Made by a program: the position numbers and the translations under genes. From contig SYGQ01000010.1 in assembly GCA_005799475.1 (NCBI GenBank), positions 2,291-66,290 of the forward strand: a stretch of DNA of 64,000 bases. Reading direction: 5' to 3'. Source of the stretch: Planctomycetia bacterium. Its GTDB lineage: Bacteria > Planctomycetota > Phycisphaerae > Phycisphaerales > SM1A02. The notes under the pieces were generated by a model. The model saw only the letters and a list, made by a program, of their open reading frames with translations. It searched no databases and was not told where the DNA came from. Below, piece by piece: positions 36,302 through 46,171 of this stretch (positions are counted from its first letter, which is position 1; the number at the start of each line of letters is the position of its first letter).

Positions 36302-38110
36302 CTAGACCGTGCCCTTGCGTTTGCGAGTCGACCGAGGCTCGTCGTCGCCGAAGAGCCCATCCTTGCCCTGAACCTTGCCGCTGCGTGGAGCCTCGTCGGC
36401 TTCAGGCGCGCCCGGCGCCCGGCCCGGAAGAATGATGACCGAGTCGTCTTTGCGGAGCGGATCGGCATCCTTCACACGACGCCCCTCCTCGTCCAGGACG
36501 GCGTCGGCTTCCTCAGTCTTGCGCTTGGCCACCTTGAGAAGTGAGTCGTAGATTCGCCTGGCACTCGTCCCCGTGATCGCCTCAGTGGCTTGGGAGATTT
36601 CGCCGATGTAGCGCTCAAAGATCGATCGGCGCTCTCCTTCGTGGCGCATGCGCTGGCGCCGACGCATGTAGATGCCGAGCTTCCGGCCGACTTCCTGAAG
36701 GGCCAGCTTCATCTCCTTGCGAATCTCGTCGTAGTCCGCGATCGCTTCCTTGGATTCGCTGGTGAACGGCACCCACACGCTGGCCATGTGCACCATGACA
36801 ACGATCGGGCCCTCAGGGAGCGAGCCGCGCGACTGGGAGATCCCGTAGTTTTTCCAAGTCGTCTCAAGAACGGCCTTGAAGGATGAGCACGCGGCCTGCT
36901 GGTAGAGCAGCGGCACTCGGTTCGCAAACCGGATGACACGGATCAACTCGTCCTTGGGGAGTTCGCCACCAAACGCGAGACCGACTTCGATGAGAAACGG
37001 GTTGCCGCGGTAGACATCGGCCGGCCGTGTACAGGCCGTAAAGAACTCCGCCTTCACTTCCTTCAAGAGCCCCGACAGGAGCGCCTTGGTACCGATGGGC
37101 ACGAGACAGTCCGTGGCCGGTGCCATGATCTTGACTTCTTGAATGGCCTTGTAGATCGCCTCGGCTTCGGCGTGGCCGACTTGCTTCACCCAAGTGCGAG
37201 CGGTGATCCCTGCCTTGGCGCAGATGTCCCTCGAAACCGACGGTGAAATGCGCGAGAACTCTTCTTGCAGAAACCCACCGACTTGGGAGCGGTCGGTCCG
37301 TTCGAGCATCTGGATGAGGGTGCCCAACTCGATCCCTCGCGGATGCGGCAGAATCTCCTTCGCTTCGGGAGGGAGTTCATTGGTGCCGCGCTTGAAGTCG
37401 ACGGTCTCGTTCGTGGGCGTGACGAAAGTGATCCGCGCGTGCGGATTCGCGATCGCCGTCTGGTCGAGGTATTCGTCGACGGACTGGCGCCCCTGCTGGT
37501 ACTTCCCCTCCATCTCGATGGAGACTTGTGTGCCGTGGCCGTCTGCGAAGATGCCGTCGTCCTCGGGATGCTCGGTCTCGCTGACGACATCCGCTCGATT
37601 CTTCGAGGTGTCCATCTTGAGGAGGATCTCGACCGCGGGCTTTTTCTTGTGCGTCTTCGAGATGATGAGCACGGGCTGCCCCGTTGTCATCAGACCGTAC
37701 ATGCCGGCGGCGGAGATGCCGATCCCCTGCTGGCCACGGCTCATCTTCAGTCGGTGAAACTTTGAGCCGTAGAGCAGTCGACCGAAAACATTTTCGATCT
37801 GCCTGCGGACGATGCCCGGACCGTTGTCGCGCACCGTGACCTTGAATCGCGTCTCCGATCGTTGCAGAAGTTCCACTCGGATATCGGGCAAGATGCCCGC
37901 TTCCTCGCAGGCGTCGAGCGCATTGTCGACAGCCTCTTTGACCGCCGTCAGCAGCGCCTTGCGGGGGTTGTCGAACCCAAGCAAATGGCGGTTCTTCGCA
38001 AAGAACTCGCTCACGGAAATCTCGCGCTGTTGCGCGGACATCTCCTCGGCGGACGCCCCACGGCGGCGTGTGGCGGGCTTGGTCATGGCGACATCGGGTG
38101 TGGGTTCCAT
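36302..38110 (-). CDS. top6B: DNA topoisomerase VI subunit B (GHKL ATPase)
   Basis: VSEFFAKNRHLLGF, KEAVDNALDA (Bergerat N-box), RDNGPGI (G1), GQQGIGISAAGMY (G2), then a transducer-like region. A basic C-terminal tail follows. An alternative ATG lies 8 codons downstream. Confidence 0.9.
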   Translation of the reverse strand: MEPTPDVAMTKPATRRRGASAEEMSAQQREISVSEFFAKNRHLLGFDNPRKALLTAVKEAVDNALDACEEAGILPDIRVELLQRSETRFKVTVRDNGPGIVRRQIENVFGRLLYGSKFHRLKMSRGQQGIGISAAGMYGLMTTGQPVLIISKTHKKKPAVEILLKMDTSKNRADVVSETEHPEDDGIFADGHGTQVSIEMEGKYQQGRQSVDEYLDQTAIANPHARITFVTPTNETVDFKRGTNELPPEAKEILPHPRGIELGTLIQMLERTDRSQVGGFLQEEFSRISPSVSRDICAKAGITARTWVKQVGHAEAEAIYKAIQEVKIMAPATDCLVPIGTKALLSGLLKEVKAEFFTACTRPADVYRGNPFLIEVGLAFGGELPKDELIRVIRFANRVPLLYQQAACSSFKAVLETTWKNYGISQSRGSLPEGPIVVMVHMASVWVPFTSESKEAIADYDEIRKEMKLALQEVGRKLGIYMRRRQRMRHEGERRSIFERYIGEISQATEAITGTSARRIYDSLLKVAKRKTEEADAVLDEEGRRVKDADPLRKDDSVIILPGRAPGAPEADEAPRSGKVQGKDGLFGDDEPRSTRKRKGTV

Positions 38111-38190
38111 CCCGTTTCGAGTGTATCGGTCTCATCCGCCGGCCCCATTCCGGGCGCAATGACGGCCGCCTCGCTACCATCCCGCCCCCC

Positions 38191-38661
38191 ATGGAAACGA
38201 GCCTCATCATCCTGAAGCCAGATGCCGTCCAGCGCGCCCTTGTCGGATCGATCCTCTCCCGATTCGAGCAGAAAGGCCTCCAGATCGTCGGGATGAAGTT
38301 GATGCGCATTTCCCAGGATCTCGCCGCCAAGCACTACAAGGACCACGCGGGCAAGCCCTTCTACGCGGGGCTCGTGAAGTTCATGACGAGTGAACCCGTC
38401 GTCGTCCTTGCGCTGCGCGGAGTCGGCGCCATCGGCGTGTGCCGGAACCTCATGGGTGCGACCTTTGGATCCAAGGCGGCCGCTGGGACGATCCGCGGCG
38501 ACTTTGGGATCTCCAACTCGTTCAACCTCGTCCACGGATCCGACGGCCCTGAGGCCGCCGCGCGTGAACTCGGCCTCTTCTTCGGACCTGGCGAAATCGC
38601 TGACTCGTCGCGGGCGATCGATACCTGGGTCTACGACTCGGCCTCTGGCAAGCCCGAATAA
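38191..38661 (+). CDS. ndk: Nucleoside diphosphate kinase
   Basis: METSLIILKPDAVQR...GLVKFMTSEPVVVLAL...TIRGDFG...NLVHGSD, with the catalytic His in NLVHGSD. Confidence 0.93.
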   Translation: METSLIILKPDAVQRALVGSILSRFEQKGLQIVGMKLMRISQDLAAKHYKDHAGKPFYAGLVKFMTSEPVVVLALRGVGAIGVCRNLMGATFGSKAAAGTIRGDFGISNSFNLVHGSDGPEAAARELGLFFGPGEIADSSRAIDTWVYDSASGKPE

Positions 38662-38802
38662 CGGGCAGGTGGCGCCGGGGCCTCGATGTTCGAGGAAAAA
38701 TGCGGGGATCGCGGCGTATTTCGTGAACGCCGTCATGCTCATTGCGTATGGAGCGGTGGGTCAGCCCTGTGGGATTTCTCGCCCTTTGTGGAGACCGATC
38801 AG

Positions 38803-39762
38803 ATGGTTCGAACTTCAGAAAGCCATTCCCCACTGACACGAGCGGAACGCCGTTGCGCGGATCGACTTCGCGCGATTCCGGTCTCGTTCATGGATGACCC
38901 GAGATTCCACCGCGCCGGTGCCGCGCGGCGCCTCTTCGACGACCCGGATCCCATCAAAGTTCCGAGTGTCGCGTGGTATCAGCCGCTGCTCGACGATCGC
39001 CGCCGCGATGACGCAGCTGGGAGCCCGCGCCCGCCCAAGACGCTGGTGCTGAGCGCGGCGCAGGAACGGGTCATCTTTGGGCAGTTCAACTACGCACGAT
39101 TCCGTATGTCAAAGTTGCAGCGATGCGCTCAGCGGCGTCCACTCGCGGCGGCGCAGACCAGAGAACTCCTCGGCTGGCACGATCGCGCCGAGTCATTGCG
39201 CTGGCAGATCGCCGAGACCAACCTCGCGTTGGTTCTTGCGATGGCCAAGCGTGTGCGAGCGGCCGATCTGGATTTCGGCGACTTGATCAGCGAGGGCAAC
39301 ATGGCGCTCATGCGCTCGATCGACAAGTTCGACGCCACGCGTGGCTTCAAGTTCTCGACCTACGCCTGCCGAGCGATCCTGAAGGCGTACAGCCGACTCG
39401 GGATGAAGACGATGCGCCAGCGCCAGATTGCGCCGGTCGAGTTCGACCCCGCCATGGAACGGGGGGATGCCGTCGCCGAGTCGCGTGCCCATTGCGACCG
39501 TGGCGTGCTCAGCGAGGTGAAGGAATTGTTCTCGGACAACGCGGCCTCGCTCACCGAGATCGAGCGCACGGTGATCTTTCACCGTTTCGGACTCGACCGT
39601 CCGCTTCACGAGGCGCCGATGACGCTGGAGCAGCTCGGAGCGATGGTCGGCGTGACGAAGGAGCGGGTCCGGCAGATCCAGTCGCGCGCACTCTCAAAGA
39701 TGCGCGTGGCACTCGAGTCGCTGCGCCCACGAGCGTCAGTCATCGACGCCTTCCCGAACTAG
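38803..39762 (+). CDS. Sigma-70 family RNA polymerase sigma factor (non-ECF, group 3-like)
   Basis: Region 2 reads NLALVLAMAKRV...DLISEGNMALMRSIDKFDATRGFKFSTYACRAILKAY. Region 4 reads MTLEQLGAMVGVTKERVRQIQSRALSKMR. The start is uncertain: ATG 38803 was chosen, the ORF opens at 38686, and another ATG lies at 38890. Confidence 0.8.
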   Translation: MVRTSESHSPLTRAERRCADRLRAIPVSFMDDPRFHRAGAARRLFDDPDPIKVPSVAWYQPLLDDRRRDDAAGSPRPPKTLVLSAAQERVIFGQFNYARFRMSKLQRCAQRRPLAAAQTRELLGWHDRAESLRWQIAETNLALVLAMAKRVRAADLDFGDLISEGNMALMRSIDKFDATRGFKFSTYACRAILKAYSRLGMKTMRQRQIAPVEFDPAMERGDAVAESRAHCDRGVLSEVKELFSDNAASLTEIERTVIFHRFGLDRPLHEAPMTLEQLGAMVGVTKERVRQIQSRALSKMRVALESLRPRASVIDAFPN

Positions 39763-39798
39763 CTCCCACGGCTGCAGCGATCGACAGACCCGGCGTCG

Positions 39799-40989
39799 TT
39801 ACCTAGACCGCGCCATCTCGGCCGCTCGCGCCTTGGCGATCGCGAGCGCCGTGCCTCCCACAACCGTCGTGATGGCATGAAACGCAGCGAATGTGAGCAC
39901 AAGCGTTCGATAGTCGACAAATGAGGGCGATTCGCCGCCGAAGGCATGCAGCAACAGCACACAGAGCGCCGTCCCGGAGAAGAACCCGAGGTCCCCCGCT
40001 CCCCGGAACGCAGCCAGTTGGATGGTTGAGTCGACCGGACCCACGACGAGTGCGAGCGAACTCGCAAACAGCGCGCTCCCAGCAAGGCCAACCACGGTCA
40101 TGGCGAGACCGAGCATCAGCGAGTCGCCAGAAACAAATGGCAAGGACGCGAACGCAAGCGCGTAGACCACCCCCGCGACAACGCGCACGCGCAGCGATCC
40201 GATTCGGTCACAGAGCCATCCCGCGGGCCCTGCCCCGAGCGCCATTAGCAGAAGCGGAAGCCCGACGAGGAATCCGCGCGTCGCCGCAGAGTGCCCGAGG
40301 ATCTGCCCGAGGGCGACTGGGAGCGTGCCCGTGATGAGTCCGCCTGTGGCCCGATCCGAGAAAGCCATCGCAAGTCCGGGCCAGAGTGGCCCGAAGGAGG
40401 ATGGTCCAGGAGCGCGCGCCGCCTCGCATGGTTCTGATGGGCCTATCGACGGCGGCCGCGCCATGATCACAACCGACACGGCCGCACTGAGCACGGCCGA
40501 GACCCCGAACACCAAGCCGGCCGAGGCGACGGCATCACCGCTGCGCGCGATGGCTCCACCCAGAACGGCCCCCACTCCCAGCCCAAGCATGAGCGGCGTC
40601 GAGGCCAAGCCGAGGCCCCGCGCGACATGCCCCTTCGCGCCGCGGCGTACGAGGTCGAACAGTCCGGCAAAGACAATGACATCGGTCACCCCCTCAAGGG
40701 CGCGAAGCCCGAGCGTCCACGAGAGCCCAAGCGGCAGTGCCATGGCCCCGAGAAGGAGCGCGTCAGCGAGCGACGCGACGATCACGAATCGCTCTGGAGA
40801 CCATCGTCGGCGCCAGGTCAGGATCAGCGGAATCGCAGCCACGGCGCCAAGCAAGTTGATCGCGTTGAACAACTGCGCATCCTGGGCCGACGCCCCGTAT
40901 CGGTCGATCAGGATCTCCTTCACCACTGGCGCGGCCATCGTGTCGGGCATGGCCGAGAGCAGCACGAGAATCACCAGCACCGGCCGCAT
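39799..40989 (-). CDS. MFS transporter
   Basis: About 12 hydrophobic segments. The loop [10 protein letters not shown] after TM2 and the motif [12 protein letters not shown] are characteristic of the major facilitator superfamily. Substrate unknown. Confidence 0.8.
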   Translation of the reverse strand: MRPVLVILVLLSAMPDTMAAPVVKEILIDRYGASAQDAQLFNAINLLGAVAAIPLILTWRRRWSPERFVIVASLADALLLGAMALPLGLSWTLGLRALEGVTDVIVFAGLFDLVRRGAKGHVARGLGLASTPLMLGLGVGAVLGGAIARSGDAVASAGLVFGVSAVLSAAVSVVIMARPPSIGPSEPCEAARAPGPSSFGPLWPGLAMAFSDRATGGLITGTLPVALGQILGHSAATRGFLVGLPLLLMALGAGPAGWLCDRIGSLRVRVVAGVVYALAFASLPFVSGDSLMLGLAMTVVGLAGSALFASSLALVVGPVDSTIQLAAFRGAGDLGFFSGTALCVLLLHAFGGESPSFVDYRTLVLTFAAFHAITTVVGGTALAIAKARAAEMARSR

Positions 40990-41023
40990 GCGAGCGAGGC
41001 TAGCGCATGCCTACACTGGCTTG

Positions 41024-41749
41024 ATGGCGATCGACAAGGTGCGGCGTTCGTGCGACGACGCGATCAAGGATCTCGTCCGTGATGGGCTTTTTGTGGCTGT
41101 CGGCGGGTTCGGACTCTGTGGGATTCCTGAGAACCTGATCATCGCGCTTCGCGACAGCGGCGCGAAGAACCTCGTTGTCGCGAGCAACAATGCCGGCGTC
41201 GATGACTGGGGTCTCGGGCTTCTGCTTCAGTCCCGTCAGATCCGGAAGATGATCTCGAGTTATGTCGGCGAGAACGCCGAGTTCGAAAGGCAGTTCATGT
41301 CCGGCGAGCTCGAACTGGAGTTCGCACCACAGGGCACACTCGCCGAGCGCCTGCGCGCTGGCGGCGCAGGCATCCCGGCGTTCTACTCGCGCTCGGGCGT
41401 CGCCACCGTTGTGGCCGATGGCAAGCCGCACGAGGTGTTCGACGGGGAGACCTTCGTGCTCGAACGGGCGATCCGCGCCGACCTCTCCCTCGTGAAGGCG
41501 TGGAAGGGTGACCACGCGGGGAATCTCGTCTACCGGAAGACCGCCCGCAACTTCAACCCGATGGTGGCTGCCTGTGGCCGCGTGTGCGTCGCGGAGGTTG
41601 AGGAGCTTGTCGACACCGGTTCGCTCGATCCGGACCAGATTCACACCCCAGGGATCTTCGTGGACCGGATCGTCCAGACTCACTCCGTGAAGCGGATCGA
41701 GCAGCGGACGACGCTCCAACCAGCCTCTCGTCCGGGGCAGTCCCGCTGA
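41024..41749 (+). CDS. 3-oxoacid CoA-transferase, subunit A (ScoA/AtoD-like)
   Basis: [29 protein letters not shown] and [25 protein letters not shown] are the subunit A signature. The start is the ATG at 41024. The upstream part of the ORF is antisense to the MFS gene. Confidence 0.88.
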   Translation: MAIDKVRRSCDDAIKDLVRDGLFVAVGGFGLCGIPENLIIALRDSGAKNLVVASNNAGVDDWGLGLLLQSRQIRKMISSYVGENAEFERQFMSGELELEFAPQGTLAERLRAGGAGIPAFYSRSGVATVVADGKPHEVFDGETFVLERAIRADLSLVKAWKGDHAGNLVYRKTARNFNPMVAACGRVCVAEVEELVDTGSLDPDQIHTPGIFVDRIVQTHSVKRIEQRTTLQPASRPGQSR

Positions 41750-41845
41750 TGAGCCCCCTTCGTGGGTTAGAATCACCGCAGAATCCCTGCCATAACGGAC
41801 GGGGATGTGCGTTCGACTGAGGCTCAACCCCCCAAGGAACCTTCG

Positions 41846-43201
41846 ATGATGCAACTGCCCCGACTCCGCGCCATGGCCCTGTCACTCGCACTTGGCGCGT
41901 CGCTGCTTGCTCCGCCGAGTGCTCACGCTCAACTTGGGATGCAGGCAGGATTCGTCGAGGCATTTCAGCCGGACTACCTCCATCGCGACATGGATCTCTT
42001 CCGGCAATACCTCGTCCTTGAAGAGTGGCAGCAGGCCATCGTCGAAAGCTTGCTCAAGGACTACCTCGCGGACTTCAAGATCGGCACCGACGGCCTGCGC
42101 GACACCATGAAGAACATGAAGGACCAGATCATCGCCGCGGGCGATCAGGGCGCGATCGGGGTCATCATGGGCCCCATCGACAAGTGGATTCAGGAGAAGG
42201 CTCGCCTCAAGGGTCGATTTGTCGAGAACCTCAGGAGTCAACTCTCCGACGAACAGATGAGCCACTGGGGCGAACTCGAACGAGCCATGCGGCGCGAAAA
42301 GGAATTGCCACGCGGCGAGTTGAGCGGCGAGTCGGTGGACCTGATCCTCATTGCCCGCTCCGTGGATGTGCCTCCTGAGGTGCTCGCATCGGCGAAGGAG
42401 GCCATCACGCAGTACGAGACCGGACTCGATGACGCACTCGCGGCTCGAGCCCAGCAGATGGCGACCTCGCAGCCCATCATCAAGGACGCGATGGTGAAGC
42501 AGGACTTCCAGACCGGACTCACCCAACTTGAGTTGATCGTCGCCAAGCGAATCGACATTCGCGACTTTCAGGAGCGTTCGCTCGACTCGCTCGCGACGGC
42601 ATTCGGAGACAAGTTTGGTCCACCCTTCAGGAGCGCCGCCCTCGCCGCCGCGTATCCCATGGTCTACAGACCCAGTCCACTCATTCCGTACTTCGAGGCA
42701 GCGCGCGCGATCCCGGGACTCTCAGAGGAGCAGGTGACCCAACTGAATGGTCTTGAGAAGTCCTACCTCGCGTCATATTCGGACTATCAGTCGCGGCTCA
42801 CGCAAGTGCTCCGGATTGAAGAACCCAAGAAGCAAACCGCCGAGACCCGTCGCCGACTGACCCAAGGCCAGACAAGCGTCACCAAGCCGAACAACGACGC
42901 CTACACCAGCCTCTATGCCGAGCGCGACGGACTCAACGATCGCACGCGCGAAGAGATTGCACGGATCCTCGGCGCGGAACTCGCCATGCAACTGCCGGGT
43001 GCGGAAAAGAGGGCGGCCGCCGAAGTCCGCGCACCGCCGACGCCGAAGGATGGAAGCGGGATTCCAAGCCTGACTCCTGGTACGGCGGAGCCAGGCGGAT
43101 CACGCAAGGGCGCCATCGGACCCAAGGACCGCGCTCCTCTGACGCGCCCGGCACCCTCGGGGGTTCGTCCCGGCCAAGCGCCCAGCACGACGGACGATTG
43201 A
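41846..43201 (+). CDS. Hypothetical periplasmic helical protein with L-S-x-x-Q (Spy/CpxP-like) motifs; first gene of the T2SS-like cluster
   Basis: AAGGAA lies 6 nt upstream of the ATG at 41846. The signal peptide is MMQLPRLRAMALSLALGASLLAPPSAHA. LSDEQMSHW and LSEEQVTQL are present. The stop overlaps the gspE ATG (TGATG). No family was firmly recognised. Confidence 0.6.
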   Translation: MMQLPRLRAMALSLALGASLLAPPSAHAQLGMQAGFVEAFQPDYLHRDMDLFRQYLVLEEWQQAIVESLLKDYLADFKIGTDGLRDTMKNMKDQIIAAGDQGAIGVIMGPIDKWIQEKARLKGRFVENLRSQLSDEQMSHWGELERAMRREKELPRGELSGESVDLILIARSVDVPPEVLASAKEAITQYETGLDDALAARAQQMATSQPIIKDAMVKQDFQTGLTQLELIVAKRIDIRDFQERSLDSLATAFGDKFGPPFRSAALAAAYPMVYRPSPLIPYFEAARAIPGLSEEQVTQLNGLEKSYLASYSDYQSRLTQVLRIEEPKKQTAETRRRLTQGQTSVTKPNNDAYTSLYAERDGLNDRTREEIARILGAELAMQLPGAEKRAAAEVRAPPTPKDGSGIPSLTPGTAEPGGSRKGAIGPKDRAPLTRPAPSGVRPGQAPSTTDD

Positions 43202-44832
43202 TGGCTCAATCTGCGGAGATCCAAATCGCGCGCGCCGGTGGCGAAGTGGCGTCGGCTGAAGCCGAAGCCGCGAAGATCCGGGACCGATGTCGGGCACTCG
43301 GCATCGCCTGGCACGACAAGGCCCCTGAAGTCGATGCGCAGATGATCGCACTCCTTGAGCCCGAGGTCGCGGTGCGGGTCCGCGCGGTTCCGCTCAAGGT
43401 GGAGCGGGGACGGTTGCTCGTCGCGATGTACAACCCGCTCGATATCACGGCCGCCGACGAAGTGGCGACGCTCGTCAAGATGCCCGTGACAAGGGTGGGC
43501 GTGGAGACGGCCGCCTTCGCCGAACTCATGCGCCGTTCCTACGGAACGACGGCGGCTCGTATCGCAGAGTCGCTCGCAGGAAGCAGCGAGGCATCCAAGC
43601 CCGAGACCGAACACAATGTGGATGCGATTGAGGCGGCGGATGTGCATCGGATGGCCGAGCAACCGACGCTCATCAACCTCGTCAACCTGCTGATCCTCGA
43701 GGCGATTCAGATTCGGGCGAGCGACATTCACATTGAGCCCTTCGAGAATCTCGTCAAGATCAAGTACCGAGTTGACGGCGTCCTCATCGAGCAGCCATCG
43801 CCGCCCAAACACTTGCAGGCTGCGCTCATCGGCCGCATCAAGATCATGGCGATGATGAACATCGCCGAGCGGTATGTGCCTCAGGATGGCCACATCACGC
43901 TGCGATTTGAGGGGCGAAAGGTCGACCTGCGAGTCTCAACGGTTCCCACGATCTACGGCGAGAGCGTCGTGATGCGAATCCTCGACAAGAGCAGCCTGCC
44001 GCTCGACCTCAAGAGCCTTGGCATGAGCGAGGCCCACCGCGCCACGATGGACCGGCTCATTGACAAGCCCCACGGGCTCATTCTTGTCACTGGGCCCACC
44101 GGCAGCGGCAAGACGACGACTCTCTATGCAGCGCTCTCTCAGTTGTACGACCCGAGCCTGAAGATTCTGACGATTGAAGATCCCGTGGAGTACGAACTTG
44201 CCGGGGTCAATCAGATCCCAGTGAACCCAAAGCGAGGTCTCACTTTTGCCATCGGACTTCGGGCCATGCTGCGACAAGATCCCGATGTCATTCTCGTGGG
44301 CGAGATCCGTGACAACGAGACGGTGGACATCGCGATCCGCTCGGCGCTCACCGGCCATCTCATCCTGTCAACGCTGCACACGAACGACGCCATCTCGAGC
44401 ATCGGACGATTGACCGACATGGGGGCCGAGCCATTCCTCGTCGCGAGCGTCCTCGAAGGACTTCTCGCGCAGCGACTGGGTCGGCGACTCTGCGCAATGT
44501 GCCGCAAGCGGGAGCCACTCACCGATGACGAACGCGCCAGGCTGACGCATGACGAGGCCGAGTCGTTTAGGGACGGTGCGTGGAGAGCCGTCGGCTGCGA
44601 AGAGTGCCGGAATCAGGGCTACCGATCGCGCCTCGGGTTCTTCGAACTCCTCAAGATCGGTCCTCGCCTGCGAGCGGGGATTTCAAAGGGGCTTTCGGTG
44701 GGCGACTTGAAGGGTCTCGTGGAAAACGACTTTCGCACCATGCGTCAAGATGGCATGCTCAAGGCGTGCGAGGGATCGACAACGATCGACCAGGTTCTGC
44801 GCGCCACACAGGATGTTGACGAGGTCATCTAG
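43201..44832 (+). CDS. gspE: Type II secretion / type IV pilus assembly ATPase (GspE/PilB family)
   Basis: N-terminal T2SSE_N-like domain, Walker A GPTGSGKTTTLYA, Asp box, Walker B ILVGEIRD, His box, and the tetracysteine CAMC...CEEC. Confidence 0.92.
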   Translation: MAQSAEIQIARAGGEVASAEAEAAKIRDRCRALGIAWHDKAPEVDAQMIALLEPEVAVRVRAVPLKVERGRLLVAMYNPLDITAADEVATLVKMPVTRVGVETAAFAELMRRSYGTTAARIAESLAGSSEASKPETEHNVDAIEAADVHRMAEQPTLINLVNLLILEAIQIRASDIHIEPFENLVKIKYRVDGVLIEQPSPPKHLQAALIGRIKIMAMMNIAERYVPQDGHITLRFEGRKVDLRVSTVPTIYGESVVMRILDKSSLPLDLKSLGMSEAHRATMDRLIDKPHGLILVTGPTGSGKTTTLYAALSQLYDPSLKILTIEDPVEYELAGVNQIPVNPKRGLTFAIGLRAMLRQDPDVILVGEIRDNETVDIAIRSALTGHLILSTLHTNDAISSIGRLTDMGAEPFLVASVLEGLLAQRLGRRLCAMCRKREPLTDDERARLTHDEAESFRDGAWRAVGCEECRNQGYRSRLGFFELLKIGPRLRAGISKGLSVGDLKGLVENDFRTMRQDGMLKACEGSTTIDQVLRATQDVDEVI

Positions 44833-44840
44833 GCGCTCGC

Positions 44841-46115
44841 ATGGGTACATTCCGCTACCAAGAGCTCGGCGGCGCCTCTGCGGTCGGCACGATTCAGGCG
44901 GGCGACCGCGGCGAGGCGCTTCGCATCCTCGCGCAGCGGGGCATCGTCGCGATCTCCGTCGAGGCGATGGCCGACACCAAGGCGCCGCGCGCCGCCGTCG
45001 TCGCCGCCTCGTCGACGAAGGTCCCGTTCGCCGACCTCGCCGCACGCTGGAAGACGCGCCAAGGGTCGCGCCCGACGATCGCGCGTGGCGAACTCACGGC
45101 GCTCATCCGTGAGATCGCGACGGCACTCGAGGCCGGCCTCCCCCTGCTCCAGTCGCTCAGGACCGTTCGCCGACAGGCGCACGGCAAGGGCATGCCGCAA
45201 ATCCTCGATTTCCTTATCGAAAGGGTCGAGGCCGGCGTGACGCTGCATCAGGCGGCGAAGGAGTATGGACCTCCCTTTGATGAGATGACGGTCGGCATGT
45301 TCCGCGCCGCCGACGCATCGGGACGCAATGCGGAAGTGCTTCACCAACTGGCAGACCTCCTCGACCGGAGTGTCGAGTTGAAGCGCGAGATCGTCGGCGC
45401 GACCGTGTATCCGATGATCGTGGCTGCGGTCATCGCACTGAGCGTGGTCGTGCTGATCACGGTCGTGCTTCCCAAGATCATGGCGCCGATCCTCGCGCAG
45501 GGCAAGGGCGAACTCCCACTGCCGACGGAGATCCTCCTCGGCATCGCTGCGTTCATCAGCACCTGGTGGTGGGCCATCGCCATCGCGGGCATCGCCGGAT
45601 TTGTCGCCTGGAAGCGCTGGGTCGCTGTGCCGAGCAACCGGCTCCTTCTCGATCTCACACTGCTGCGGGTCCCGATCCTGGGACGGCTTCTGCGTGATGT
45701 CGCCGTGGCGCGATTCACGCGCACCCTTGGCACGCTGGTGTCGGCAGGCATTCCGATCCTTCAGGCCCTGCGTGTCGTGCGAGACACACTCGGCAACGCG
45801 GCGATGATGGCCGCGATCGATGAAGTCCAAGAGAAAGTGACCACAGGCTCTTCGCTGGCCGATCCCTTGGAGCGCTCTGGCCTCTTTCCGCCTCTCTTGA
45901 TCCAGATTGTCAACATCGGAGAGCGGTCTGGGCGTCTTGAGCCCATGCTGATGCACGCCGCAGGCGCGTTTGACCGACAGGTGAACACCTCGATCAAACT
46001 CTTCACCAAGGCCCTTCCGCCCGTGCTCATCGTCGTCATGGCTGTGGTCGCCGCGTTCGTACTCATGGGCATCATGCTGCCCCTTCTTGAGCTTCAGAAT
46101 TCCATCGGCGGGTAG
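44841..46115 (+). CDS. gspF: Type II secretion platform protein (GspF/PilC family)
   Basis: Duplicated T2SSF domains (LATALEAGLPLLQSL...; TLGTLVSAGIPILQAL...) and three hydrophobic segments. Confidence 0.9.
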   Translation: MGTFRYQELGGASAVGTIQAGDRGEALRILAQRGIVAISVEAMADTKAPRAAVVAASSTKVPFADLAARWKTRQGSRPTIARGELTALIREIATALEAGLPLLQSLRTVRRQAHGKGMPQILDFLIERVEAGVTLHQAAKEYGPPFDEMTVGMFRAADASGRNAEVLHQLADLLDRSVELKREIVGATVYPMIVAAVIALSVVVLITVVLPKIMAPILAQGKGELPLPTEILLGIAAFISTWWWAIAIAGIAGFVAWKRWVAVPSNRLLLDLTLLRVPILGRLLRDVAVARFTRTLGTLVSAGIPILQALRVVRDTLGNAAMMAAIDEVQEKVTTGSSLADPLERSGLFPPLLIQIVNIGERSGRLEPMLMHAAGAFDRQVNTSIKLFTKALPPVLIVVMAVVAAFVLMGIMLPLLELQNSIGG

Positions 46116-46171
46116 CGCGAAAGCGCAATACCCTGCCCGCTGCTCCGTTGATCCAAGCGAGGACTTCCAAC

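Noticed and set aside
38662-38802. A CCTCGA-tgt-TCGAGG hairpin after ndk, considered as a terminator.
   Set aside because: The stem is only 6 bp and is followed by an A-run rather than a T-run on the coding strand. This is not convincing.
40325-41023. A 233-codon upstream extension of the CoA-transferase ORF.
   Set aside because: It is entirely antisense to the MFS transporter gene and is Ala/Pro/Ser/Arg-rich. Subunit A homology begins at the ATG at 41024 (MAIDKVRR...).
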